Source: a bacterium (GTDB lineage Bacteria > Patescibacteriota > Patescibacteriia > JAACEG01). From it: a DNA stretch of 64,000 bases. Both the position numbers and the translations under genes were made by a program. The DNA is taken from contig DAOWHA010000038.1 in the NCBI GenBank assembly GCA_030641665.1, positions 23,857 through 87,856 of the forward strand, in the 5' to 3' direction. Under the pieces are notes generated by a model, which had not been told where the DNA came from, ran no database searches, and saw only the letters and a program-made list of their open reading frames with translations. Of this stretch, positions 49,605-58,530 are shown in pieces (position 1 is the stretch's first letter; the number at the start of each line of letters is the position of its first letter).

Positions 49605-49750
49605 TGTCATTCCGAATTTATTTCGGAATCTGTGTTTAATATTAACTAAATATTACTCGGCAAGATAAGTTATGATATTTAAAGTTTTATCAATCTTAAT
49701 CATAATTTAGCGAATAGTAGTGACAGATCCTGAAATAAATTCAGGATGAC
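49605..49750. mobile_element. MITE-like repeat family B, copy B2
   Basis: TIRs TGTCATTCCGAATTTATTTCGGAATCTG / CAGATCCTGAAATAAATTCAGGATGACA. Confidence 0.6.
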
Positions 49751-49770
49751 AATAATTTTGAATTATTCTT

Positions 49771-51405
49771 ATGTACGCATTGAAGTTTATCTACAAAAAT
49801 CTTGACCATTTTCGGAAAAAATTCATTTTAATTTTTTTTGTTGGGATTATAGACGGCGCGGCGCTTTTTTTTATTCCAGTTGTTTTGGCAAAATTCGCCG
49901 AAGGAGAATTAAATATAATAAATTTTAAGGAATTTTTTTCTTATGTTATCTGTTTTTACGCAATATCTCTTTTGACGCAATTTATTATAAGAAAATATGG
50001 AGAGTCGCTATGTGATCAGTTTGCCAATTATTTTAAATTAAAATGTTTTAAAAAATTAGCGCGGCTTCCAGTAAAAATTTTTATTGAATATCATTCAGGA
50101 TATATTCTTTCTTTAATAAATAAAGTGGCTGAAAGAATTATTTGGATTATTTTTGGTATTTTTTGGAATATTTCCCATAGTATCGCTTATTTTTCGCTAT
50201 TTTTCTTTTTTACCGCAAAAGAATCTTTGTCAATAGCTTTTTTAAACGCGATGATTTTGATTTTATTTTCAATAATCAGCGTTTTTTTATCTAAAAAAAT
50301 AATTGCGATATCTAAAATTTTAAATAAAAAAGACGCTTCATTGATGGAAAGTTATGTTGATTTTATGGTTAATATTTTAACTGTTAAAAAATTAGGAATT
50401 GCTGATTTTGCCGAGAATAAATTAAATATTAAAACTAAAGATAATTATGATCAAATTCAGAAGAGGCAGGATTTTCACGCTAATAGATGGCTTATTTTGC
50501 ATAGTTTATATGCATTAGCATTTTTATCAACAATCGGCTTTTTGCTGTTTCAAATTATAAAAGGGGATATTAGCATCGCAGTCTTAATTCTTTTTGTTTC
50601 TGCTTATGCTGTCATAAAACATAGCATTGAACGCTTATCTGAAAATTTTAAAATTTTAATGGAGATGAAAGAGTATGTTAAAACTTTAGAAGAAATTATT
50701 ACGCCTATCAAAGATATTAACCAAGACGGAGCGCAGATTAAAAAATGGCAGGAGATTAAATTTAAAAATATCTTTTTTAAATATCCTGAAAACGATAAAA
50801 TAATCAGCATTCCAAATTTTAAAATTAAAAAAGGTGAAAAAATTTGCGTGATGGGCGAATCGGGAGAAGGCAAGACTACTTTATTGAATTTAATCGCTGA
50901 TTTTTTAAAACCGCAAAAAAGCGAACGATTAGTAGATAATAATTCTTACGAAAAAATAGATAAAGATTTTTTTAAGAGTAAAATGGTTATGGTTTCTCAG
51001 GAGATAGAACTGTTTAACCTGTCTTTGAAGGAGAATATCAGTTTGGGAAAGAATATAAGTGAAGAGAAAATTATCGGAATTTTTAAGGAATTGAATCTTT
51101 CGCGCTGGCTAAAAACTTTGCCGAACGGATTGAATACCAAAATAGGAGAAAAAGGGATTAAGCTTTCCGCCGGGCAGAAACAGAGAATAAATTTAATCAG
51201 AGGAATTTTATTAAACAGAGAAATTTTTTTGCTTGACGAACCTACTTCGCATTTAGATTCAGAAACAAAAGAAAAAGTGATTCTATTTTTAAAAAAATAT
51301 TTAAAAGGAAAAACAGCGGTTATTGTTTCTCATCATCAGAATTTGCGTAGAATTTGCGACCGCTGCTATAATATGAAAAATGGGGTTTTAAAAGAGTTGA
51401 TTTAA
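49771..51405 (+). CDS. Fused ABC exporter (permease plus ATP-binding domain)
   Basis: Five or six N-terminal TM segments; Walker A GESGEGKTTLLNL, signature LSAGQKQRI, Walker B FLLDEPTSHLD. Confidence 0.7.
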   Translation: MYALKFIYKNLDHFRKKFILIFFVGIIDGAALFFIPVVLAKFAEGELNIINFKEFFSYVICFYAISLLTQFIIRKYGESLCDQFANYFKLKCFKKLARLPVKIFIEYHSGYILSLINKVAERIIWIIFGIFWNISHSIAYFSLFFFFTAKESLSIAFLNAMILILFSIISVFLSKKIIAISKILNKKDASLMESYVDFMVNILTVKKLGIADFAENKLNIKTKDNYDQIQKRQDFHANRWLILHSLYALAFLSTIGFLLFQIIKGDISIAVLILFVSAYAVIKHSIERLSENFKILMEMKEYVKTLEEIITPIKDINQDGAQIKKWQEIKFKNIFFKYPENDKIISIPNFKIKKGEKICVMGESGEGKTTLLNLIADFLKPQKSERLVDNNSYEKIDKDFFKSKMVMVSQEIELFNLSLKENISLGKNISEEKIIGIFKELNLSRWLKTLPNGLNTKIGEKGIKLSAGQKQRINLIRGILLNREIFLLDEPTSHLDSETKEKVILFLKKYLKGKTAVIVSHHQNLRRICDRCYNMKNGVLKELI

Positions 51406-51426
51406 ATTATGAAATATAAAATTTAC

Positions 51427-51566
51427 TGTCTTTGCGAGGAGGCGATAGCCGACGAAGCAATCCCATTACTGGGCGAGTAAATCTATAATTATAATTTTTT
51501 TATCTATTAACGAGATTGCTTCGTCGCATCTCATTCGCTGCGCTCATTCGGCTCCTCGCAAAGACA
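51427..51566. mobile_element. MITE-like repeat family A, full copy A6
   Basis: TIRs TGTCTTTGCGAGGAGG / GGCTCCTCGCAAAGACA; contains the GACGAAGCAATCCCATTACTG / TAACGAGATTGCTTCGTCG inverted pair. Confidence 0.7.
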
Positions 51567-51843
51567 TTTTGTAATTTAAAATAATTTATAATAATTATTG
51601 TAAAAATTGCAATAAAAAAAGCCATCTATTAGATCACTTGGGATTAAGTGATACGAGAAAGAACTTGTTTAAAGGGAAGGAGGGGTAAAAATGAAAACCC
51701 GTAAACCCTTTAAATCCTTCCTCGTATCACATTTAATCTAACGGTTAAATAAAAAAATGTCAATGGTGTTTATCGGTTTTTTGAAAATTTTTCAGCAAAA
51801 AAGCCATTGTTGGTTAATCCAATAATGGCTATATAATTTTGAT

Positions 51844-51923
51844 TGGTCGGTCGCAGCGGATTTGAACCGCCGATATCCACGATCGACGATCATGGCGCCT
51901 TAACCTGACTTGGCTAACGACCG
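51844..51923 (-). tRNA. tRNA (CCA encoded). The anticodon loop looks non-canonical and is centred on GTC, so possibly Asp
   Basis: Reverse complement gives acceptor CGGTCGT/GCGACCG, T-arm GGCGG-TTCAAAT-CCGCT, D-arm with GG, and anticodon region CCATGA-TCGTCGA-TCGTGG. Confidence 0.55.
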
Positions 51924-51945
51924 ACATAAATCAAAAAATTTTGTT

Positions 51946-52021
51946 TGGTTGGGGTGGGGGGATTTGAACCTCCGACTATTCGGTTATACCCAAATACTCT
52001 ACCATGCTGAGTTACACCCCG
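51946..52021 (-). tRNA. tRNA (76 nt, CCA encoded) with C1xA72 mismatch and an unusual 6-nt or 8-nt anticodon loop; identity unresolved
   Basis: Reverse complement: CGGGGTG...D-arm ACTC-AGCATGGTA-GAGT...TTTGG-GTATAA-CCGAA...GGAGG-TTCAAAT-CCCCC-CACCCCA-A-CCA. Confidence 0.5.
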
Positions 52022-52063
52022 ACAAAACTTATTTATAAAAAAATATTAACAGATAAAAAAAAT

Positions 52064-52762
52064 ATGTCAATAGCAATTCGCGGTTTTCAAAAATTTTCCT
52101 TGATTGATTATCCAGACAAGACAGCTGCGGCGATTTTTACAGGCGGCTGCAATTTTAACTGCGCTTATTGCCACAACAAAGAACTGATAAATTTCAATGA
52201 AAACGGAAAAATTTTTGAAAAAGAAATTTTGGATTTTTTACAGACAAGAATCGGGCTGTTGGATGCTGTCTGCATCAGCGGCGGCGAGCCGACACTGCAA
52301 AAAGACCTGCCGCGATTTATCAGAAAGATTAAAAAAATGGGGTTTTTAATTAAATTAGACACAAATGGAACAAACCCTAAAATGCTGAAAAATTTAATTG
52401 ATAAAAAATTGATTGATTATGTCGCGATGGATATTAAAGCGCCGCTTGATTGGCAAAATTATGAAAAAATAATCAGAGTAAAAAATATAAATTTAATTAA
52501 AGCGGTTAAAAAAAGCGTTGATATTTTACTAAAAGGAAAAACAGATTATGAATTCCGCACAACTGTAGCGAAAAATTTATTAAGTAAAAGCGATGTTGAA
52601 AAAATCGCGAAAGGGATTAAGGGGACTGAAAAATATTATTTGCAAAATTTTGTAAAAACGGAAAAAATAGGTTATAATAAATTAAATCCGCTGGATAAAA
52701 ATGAATTAGAAGAATTAAAATCAGCGGTAAAAAAATATGTTTTAAATTGTAAAATTAGATAA
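52064..52762 (+). CDS. nrdG: Anaerobic ribonucleotide reductase activating protein (radical SAM)
   Basis: CNFNCAYC CxxxCxxC radical-SAM cluster motif. Start moved to ATG 52064 because the ORF-track start at 52004 overlaps the tRNA. Confidence 0.85.
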   Translation: MSIAIRGFQKFSLIDYPDKTAAAIFTGGCNFNCAYCHNKELINFNENGKIFEKEILDFLQTRIGLLDAVCISGGEPTLQKDLPRFIRKIKKMGFLIKLDTNGTNPKMLKNLIDKKLIDYVAMDIKAPLDWQNYEKIIRVKNINLIKAVKKSVDILLKGKTDYEFRTTVAKNLLSKSDVEKIAKGIKGTEKYYLQNFVKTEKIGYNKLNPLDKNELEELKSAVKKYVLNCKIR

Positions 52763-52767
52763 AATTT

Positions 52768-53043
52768 ATGAGCGAACAAAATAAAAAATTAGATCTGAAA
52801 AAAAATTCAGATGAAAAAAGCAAAATAGTAGAATTATTAGAAGAAAATCTAAAAGTTTCGCGGCAAATTTTAAAATTAAGCCAAAAAACTCAGCGCTGGA
52901 TTGTTTTGCAAAAAATAAAAGCTGTTATTTATTTTATTTTAATCATAGCGCCGATTATCTTGGCAGCCATCTACCTCCCGCCGATTTTAAGCGGATTATT
53001 AGAGCAGTATCAGGAATTACTCGGCATTTTTCCGAATAAATAA
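52768..53043 (+). CDS. Hypothetical small membrane protein
   Basis: 91 aa with one TM. Confidence 0.3.
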   Translation: MSEQNKKLDLKKNSDEKSKIVELLEENLKVSRQILKLSQKTQRWIVLQKIKAVIYFILIIAPIILAAIYLPPILSGLLEQYQELLGIFPNK

Positions 53044-53057
53044 TTAAAATTTATTTT

Positions 53058-54323
53058 ATGCCAAATAAAAAACAGAATGATTTAAGCAAAGAGATTAAGC
53101 GTTTAATGGTCGGAGTTTTAATTGTTAGTTTATTTGCGGGAATTATCGCCGGCGGAATTTCAGGTATTATTTTTAGTCATTATGGTTCAGATTATATTCG
53201 CAAAATCGCATTTTCTAATAAAAATGAGAAAAAAATTGAAAAAAAATTAGCAAGAAATATTAAAGTTGAACAGTTGCAAGAAGAATCAGCAACTATAAGC
53301 GCTGTTAAAAAAGTGAGTCCAGCTGTCGTGAGCATTATAATTTCCAAAGATTTAAGCAAGTATTATAATTCTACCGGTCCTGACATATTTCCTTTTGACG
53401 ATTTTTTTGAGTTCGAATTTCCTCCGTTAATATCTCCTAAATTCGGCGAAAAACAGAAAGTCGGGAGCGGAACAGGTTTTATAGTTGACGCGGAAAAAGG
53501 ATTGATTTTAACAAATAAGCATGTGGTTTCAGATCCGGACGCGGAATATTCAGTAATCATTAACAGCGGTAATCGGTACGGCGCCGAAGTTTTAGCGCTG
53601 GATCCGATAAATGATTTAGCCGTTATTAAAATTCAGGCGGATGAAAAATTATCAGAAGCCGAGTTTGGCAATTCTGATAATTTGCAGATAGGGCAGTCAG
53701 CCATAGCCATCGGCTTTGCCTTAGGGGAATATCAGAATAGCGTTACTAAAGGAATTATTTCAGGCATTGGAAGAAGCGTTATAGCTGGAGATTCCAGCGG
53801 CAAAACTGAACCTCTGGAAGATATAATTCAGACCGACGCAGCTGTTAATCCGGGAAATTCAGGCGGACCCTTAATTGATTTGCGCGGCAAAGTTATCGGA
53901 GTTAATACCGCAATTGATCGCGAGGGGCAGTCCGTCAGTTTTGCCATTCCGTCCAATGAAGCAAAATTTGTTTTTGAGAGCGTCCGAGAGCATAATAAAA
54001 TTATAAGGGCGTTTTTGGGCGTTAGATATATTCTGCTTAATCAAGCTATTGCCGCGGCTAATAATTTAGATGTTGATTATGGCGCTTTAATTATAAGGGG
54101 AGAAAGCGCTGCGGATTTAGCTATTATTCCAGGAAGTCCCGCCGATAAAGCAGGTCTGGTTGAGAACGATATTATTTTAGAAATTGAAAACGAAAAAATC
54201 AGCCAAAAGCATAATTTAGCGAAAGCTATTGGCAGGCGAAATCCAGGCGAAGAAGTTGAATTAAAAATTTTACATAAAGGAGAGGAAAAAATTATTAAGG
54301 TTGTTTTGGAAGAAAGGGAATGA
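53058..54323 (+). CDS. HtrA/DegP-family serine protease with PDZ domain
   Basis: N-terminal TM; His region LTNKHVV; GNSGGPLIDLRGKVIGVNTAI catalytic Ser motif; C-terminal PDZ. Confidence 0.85.
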   Translation: MPNKKQNDLSKEIKRLMVGVLIVSLFAGIIAGGISGIIFSHYGSDYIRKIAFSNKNEKKIEKKLARNIKVEQLQEESATISAVKKVSPAVVSIIISKDLSKYYNSTGPDIFPFDDFFEFEFPPLISPKFGEKQKVGSGTGFIVDAEKGLILTNKHVVSDPDAEYSVIINSGNRYGAEVLALDPINDLAVIKIQADEKLSEAEFGNSDNLQIGQSAIAIGFALGEYQNSVTKGIISGIGRSVIAGDSSGKTEPLEDIIQTDAAVNPGNSGGPLIDLRGKVIGVNTAIDREGQSVSFAIPSNEAKFVFESVREHNKIIRAFLGVRYILLNQAIAAANNLDVDYGALIIRGESAADLAIIPGSPADKAGLVENDIILEIENEKISQKHNLAKAIGRRNPGEEVELKILHKGEEKIIKVVLEERE

Positions 54324-54330
54324 ATTATTT

Positions 54331-55305
54331 ATGAAAAAAAATATTAAAATCACAACTATTGGCGGCGGTACTGGAAGTTTTACCATTCTTTCAGGCTTAA
54401 AAAATTATCCTGCCGAGTTATCAGCAATTGTCAGTATGGCAGACGATGGCGGATCAACTGGCGTTTTGCGCGATGAATTAGGCGTATTGCCCCCAGGAGA
54501 TGTAAGGCAATGCTTAGTGGCTTTGTCGGAATCAAGCCAAGTATTGCGGGAATTGTTTAACTACCGTTATATCAAGGGGGGATTAAAAGGGCATAATTTC
54601 GGCAATATTTTTTTATCAACTTTAGAAAAAATAACAGGCGGTTTTGACAGAGCGGTTGAAAATGCCGGGCAAATTTTAAGGATTAAAGGAAAAGTCATCC
54701 CTGTTACTTTAAAAAATACAAAATTGATAGCGGTTTTGAAAAGCGGAAAAAAAATAATAGGGCAGCATAATATTGACGAAGCAGATATTAGCAATTTAAA
54801 AAAATTAAAACTTGAACCAAGAGCAGAAGCAAATCCAAAAGCCATTTTTGCCATTAAAAATGCTGATAAAATTGTTATAAATCCGGGAAATCTGTTTTGC
54901 AGCATTACGCCTAATTTTTTAGTAAAAGGGATTGCGGACGCTGTCAGAAAATCAACGGCAAAAAAAATATATATATGCAATTTAATGACAAAATTAGGGC
55001 ATACTCATAATCTTTCAGTTGTCGGGCATCTGAATGAATTGGAAAAACAGATTGGGGAAAATGCCATTGATTATTTAATTTTTAACAAAGAAAAACCAGA
55101 GGAAAATTTATTAAAAAAATATTCTAAAAAAGGAGAATATCTTGTAGATTATAAGGATTTAAACAGCAGTTCAACAAAGACAAAATTTATCGGCGGTAAT
55201 CTTTTAAGCGATAAAATTTTTAAACAGGCTAAAAATGACGCAATAAAAAGAGCATTGGTTCGGCACGACAGCGGCAAAATCGCTAAAATAATTTACGAAT
55301 TATAA
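54331..55305 (+). CDS. YvcK/UPF0052 family protein (gluconeogenesis factor, CofD-like)
   Basis: ITTIGGGTGSFTILSGL...SMADDGGSTGVLRDELGVLPPGDVRQC is the signature. Confidence 0.75.
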   Translation: MKKNIKITTIGGGTGSFTILSGLKNYPAELSAIVSMADDGGSTGVLRDELGVLPPGDVRQCLVALSESSQVLRELFNYRYIKGGLKGHNFGNIFLSTLEKITGGFDRAVENAGQILRIKGKVIPVTLKNTKLIAVLKSGKKIIGQHNIDEADISNLKKLKLEPRAEANPKAIFAIKNADKIVINPGNLFCSITPNFLVKGIADAVRKSTAKKIYICNLMTKLGHTHNLSVVGHLNELEKQIGENAIDYLIFNKEKPEENLLKKYSKKGEYLVDYKDLNSSSTKTKFIGGNLLSDKIFKQAKNDAIKRALVRHDSGKIAKIIYEL

Positions 55306-55393
55306 ATTTTTCATAATAAAATTTTTATGTTCGTATTGACAAAAATGCGCGATTAGAGTATGGTTATTTTATAACTTAAATTTAGAAAAAAAT

Positions 55394-55708
55394 ATGAATT
55401 TAGCAGTGATAAAAACTGGAGGAAAACAGTATATAGTTAAAAAAGGAGATGATTTAAAAATAGAAAAAATTGATGAAAAAATTGGAAGAAAAATTAATTT
55501 TGAAGAAGTTTTGCTCGTTTCAGACAAGGAAGAAAAGGAGATTAAAATCGGCAATCCTTTTATTGATGGCGTTAAGGTTCAGGGCGAAATAATTGAGCAG
55601 GGAAAAAATAAAAAAGTCGTTGTAGTGAAGTATAAATCAAAGACAAGATATAAAAGGACATTAGGGCATAGACAAAATTATACAAAAGTAAAAATAACAA
55701 AAGTATAA
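55394..55708 (+). CDS. rplU: 50S ribosomal protein L21
   Basis: MNLAVIKTGGKQYIVKKGD is the canonical bL21 start. Confidence 0.9.
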   Translation: MNLAVIKTGGKQYIVKKGDDLKIEKIDEKIGRKINFEEVLLVSDKEEKEIKIGNPFIDGVKVQGEIIEQGKNKKVVVVKYKSKTRYKRTLGHRQNYTKVKITKV

Positions 55709-55731
55709 ATAATTTTAATTATAAATTTTTT

Positions 55732-56076
55732 ATGTTTGATTCTTTGCCAGTTTTTGACAATTCATCAGAATTAGAGAATATAATCACTAATTGTCCAATT
55801 TGCGGAAACAAAAATGGAAGTTTAGAAGTGTCGATTTTAGAGGATGGCGGCAATAGCAATTTAATTTACATTAAATGCCATAAATGCTTTAACAATTTAT
55901 TAGGAGTAATAAATTATAGCCCTTTCGGCGTTAGCATAGCCACCTTTGCCACTGATTTAAAAAAGTCTGAAGTTCTCAAATTTCAAAATGGAGACTATGT
56001 CAACAGCGACGATGTTTTAGAACTTCATAGCATATTAGAAGATAAAAAAATAGACTTTAAGGAGATAATAAGATAA
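55732..56076 (+). CDS. Hypothetical zinc-finger protein (CPICG...CHKC)
   Basis: Two CxxC pairs; occupies the position where prp/rpmA usually follow rplU. Confidence 0.4.
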   Translation: MFDSLPVFDNSSELENIITNCPICGNKNGSLEVSILEDGGNSNLIYIKCHKCFNNLLGVINYSPFGVSIATFATDLKKSEVLKFQNGDYVNSDDVLELHSILEDKKIDFKEIIR

Positions 56077-56311
56077 AAAATTTAATTTTGATATTTTTTG
56101 TCTGATTTTTTGGTAAATTTTTATCTGAAACATAAATTCCAAATCTAAAATTACAAATAAATTACAATAATTAAAATTACAAATCCAAAACGATTTATAA
56201 TTCAAAATTGTTTTGAATTTTGGATTTATTCACTTATTTATATTGTTAGTTAAAGTCGAATTTTATTAAAAAAATCAAAAGCATCAAAGTATAATTATTA
56301 AGTAAAAAATT

Positions 56312-57001
56312 ATGGATTTATTTTTAAAAGCTGAAAAAAGAGAGGTGATCGGAAAAAAAGTCCAGCAATTAAGAAAAGACGGCAAGATTCCGGCTATTAT
56401 ATATGGGTCTGAAATAGAGCCGACTATTTTAACTGTTGATTATCAAGAATTTGAAAAGGTGTATAAAAAAGCGGGCGGAAGCGCTTTAGTTAATCTTAAA
56501 ATAGGAGAAGAAAAAGATGAACTGCCGATTTTAATCCATTCCGTGTCGTATAATCCCGTGAGCGACAAAGTTGACCATATTGATTTTTATAAAATTAAAT
56601 ACGGGCAAAAATTAACCGCAACGGTTGAATTAAAATTTATTAACGAGTCAAAAGCGGTAAAAGAACTGGGCGGCATATTATCCACTGTTTTAAAAAGCGT
56701 TGAGATTGAGTGTCTGCCTCGCCATCTTATTAGCAAAATAGAGGTGGATTTAAGCGTATTAAAAAGTTTTAGCGATATTATTCATATAAAGGATCTGTCT
56801 ATTCCTGAAAATATTAAAATAACAACAGACAATGAATTAGTAGTTGCTAATGTGTCGCAGCCGAAAATTGAAGAGGAAGTCAAGAAGGAAGAAACCGAAC
56901 AGCCAAAAGAAGAGAAAGAAGGAGAAGAAAAAGAGGGCGACAAGAAAGAAGGCGGAAAAGATCAAAAGGATGAAAAAGACGCAAAGAAAGAAAAGAAATA
57001 A
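56312..57001 (+). CDS. 50S ribosomal protein L25 / general stress protein Ctc with K/E-rich C-terminal tail
   Basis: LRKDGKIPAIIYG and bL25 beta-barrel pattern; long lysine/glutamate tail. Confidence 0.85.
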   Translation: MDLFLKAEKREVIGKKVQQLRKDGKIPAIIYGSEIEPTILTVDYQEFEKVYKKAGGSALVNLKIGEEKDELPILIHSVSYNPVSDKVDHIDFYKIKYGQKLTATVELKFINESKAVKELGGILSTVLKSVEIECLPRHLISKIEVDLSVLKSFSDIIHIKDLSIPENIKITTDNELVVANVSQPKIEEEVKKEETEQPKEEKEGEEKEGDKKEGGKDQKDEKDAKKEKK

Positions 57002-57167
57002 TTTAAAAATAGAATTACCCCGCCCAAGTTTAAAAAATTAGGGCGGGGTTTCTTGACTTTTATATATTATCGTGATAAAATAAATCATTCTTTCTAAATG
57101 GAAGAATCCCAGTCCTCTGGCAGAGGAAAAATTTAAATTTCGGGCTTTTGGCCTGAAAGGGGGGGAA

Positions 57168-58163
57168 ATGGATCATCACAAATTAACTTTGGAGCAAGTA
57201 GCAAGAGTAGAGAAAGGCATTGGTATTGATGCTTTTGTACGACTAAGTAATCAGTTGCCGGAAATCGGTGTTAAATACGGCGACAAGTTGCTTGGGCAAG
57301 TTGAGGCGATTCTCAATATGGTTGATCCCATGGATCAGGAAAAGTTGCTTGCCGGCGAAGCGTCAATCGAAATTATCGAGATTATTAAATCTTTGTTCGA
57401 TAACACTAGTCGCGTTATTCCGCCTCGCGGATTTAAGTTGCCGGTAACTGATGAAAATAGGAAGTTTTATCTTGATCAGCATGTTGTTGATCATCAAGAC
57501 ACACTGAAACGTTTAACAGATTATCTCCATGGATATAAATATCCGTCTTTATCCGAGTTTCAGGATAAATGCGAATCCGTCAAGGAGAAATCATTGCAGT
57601 ATCCGCGAATCGGAGAAAACGCGTTTAATCGCTGCTATCTTCCTCTTCCGATACCGCATATTCCGGAATTGTCTGACTTAACAAAACTGGGAAAAGTTAT
57701 AGAAGATTTGCTTGAAGGAGTGGGACGGGCTTATAAGAATGAGTTTCCCGATCGTACTTTCTATAATCACAGACAAGGAACTTTGGCAGGCGAGGTTTCA
57801 ATCGTTTCCGGCACAAGACATGGCAAATTACTTGAAGCTGCTTCCAAAGCGCCGCAATCAGGCATATTTCTCCCTGATTCTTTGCAGGGATATTCAATTC
57901 ACGCTGACAGGAAAATTATTTCATTGTTTCCCAACTTTGTTTCACTTAGCGGTATTGAATATATTTTTGCAATGATTGCTTATCCTGACATTCTGGCGCG
58001 TGACTACAACACGCCCGGACTGGATATGGCCGCTCTTTTCTGGCGGTCCGCCGACTATTCGCTTCTCTTCGAGGCTAGCGACGACGAGCTCAGCTTCGGC
58101 CGCACGGGCTACTTGGCCGTTGCCTACGACTTCTATTCTGGCGGTCTCTTGTTTCTCGGGTAG
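57168..58163 (+). CDS. DGR target protein; C-terminal variable region in a putative C-type-lectin/FGE-like fold
   Basis: Its last 126 nt form the VR. The C-terminal WRSADYS...GGLLFLG resembles the CRSANR...IGFRLV ends of CLec/FGE-type DGR targets. The 3' end is locally GC-rich. Confidence 0.65.
   Translation: MDHHKLTLEQVARVEKGIGIDAFVRLSNQLPEIGVKYGDKLLGQVEAILNMVDPMDQEKLLAGEASIEIIEIIKSLFDNTSRVIPPRGFKLPVTDENRKFYLDQHVVDHQDTLKRLTDYLHGYKYPSLSEFQDKCESVKEKSLQYPRIGENAFNRCYLPLPIPHIPELSDLTKLGKVIEDLLEGVGRAYKNEFPDRTFYNHRQGTLAGEVSIVSGTRHGKLLEAASKAPQSGIFLPDSLQGYSIHADRKIISLFPNFVSLSGIEYIFAMIAYPDILARDYNTPGLDMAALFWRSADYSLLFEASDDELSFGRTGYLAVAYDFYSGGLLFLG
58037..58162 (+). repeat. DGR variable repeat (VR)
   Basis: 126 bp paired with 58531-58656; 18 mismatches, all at positions that are A in the other copy. 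Confidence 0.85.
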
Positions 58164-58244
58164 TGCAGGGATTTGGTCTTTTTGTTCCTTGGTTTTTGGA
58201 TCAAAAATTTTGGTTCTTGGTTTTTGGTCGAATTTTTAAAATCA

Positions 58245-58280
58245 CGAGGCGTGACAATGTTGCGCCTCGTTTTTCTTTTT
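58245..58280 (+). terminator. Rho-independent terminator after the DGR target gene
   Basis: CGAGGCGTGACAATGTTGCGCCTCG hairpin followed by TTTTTCTTTTT. Confidence 0.55.
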
Positions 58281-58530
58281 AAAATATGATAAAATAAATT
58301 TGGGAGTAGGCTAATGCAACCGGTCTCAAGGGGTAGCGGTTCGCCGAAACCCTAAATTTCTACCAACGCATCAGAATTTTGCGGTTCACTTTGGATTGCA
58401 AAAGAGTATGTGAAAATTTAGGCACTACTTGTCTTTTTCTGGCGTTCAACTTTTAAGAGCCAAATAAAATACAGGGGGAATATTACTTTTCAAGCTATTT
58501 TCCCAGTGGTTAAAGATGGAAAAAGACGAA

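Noticed and set aside
52004-52063. Extended N-terminus of nrdG (MLSYTPTKLIYKKILTDKKN)
   Set aside because: Overlaps the 3' end of tRNA 2 on the opposite strand. ATG 52064 gives the conserved NrdG start.
56844-57041. 65-aa K/R-rich ORF overlapping the L25 tail
   Set aside because: Alternative frame of the GAA/AAG-rich C-terminal extension of L25.
57697-58239. Overlapping ORFs 57697-57897(-), 57712-57975(+) and 57976-58239(+) around the DGR target 3' end
   Set aside because: They are alternative frames of the target gene and the GC-rich VR region. The open frames are a by-product of the GC-rich, AAC-derived repeat.
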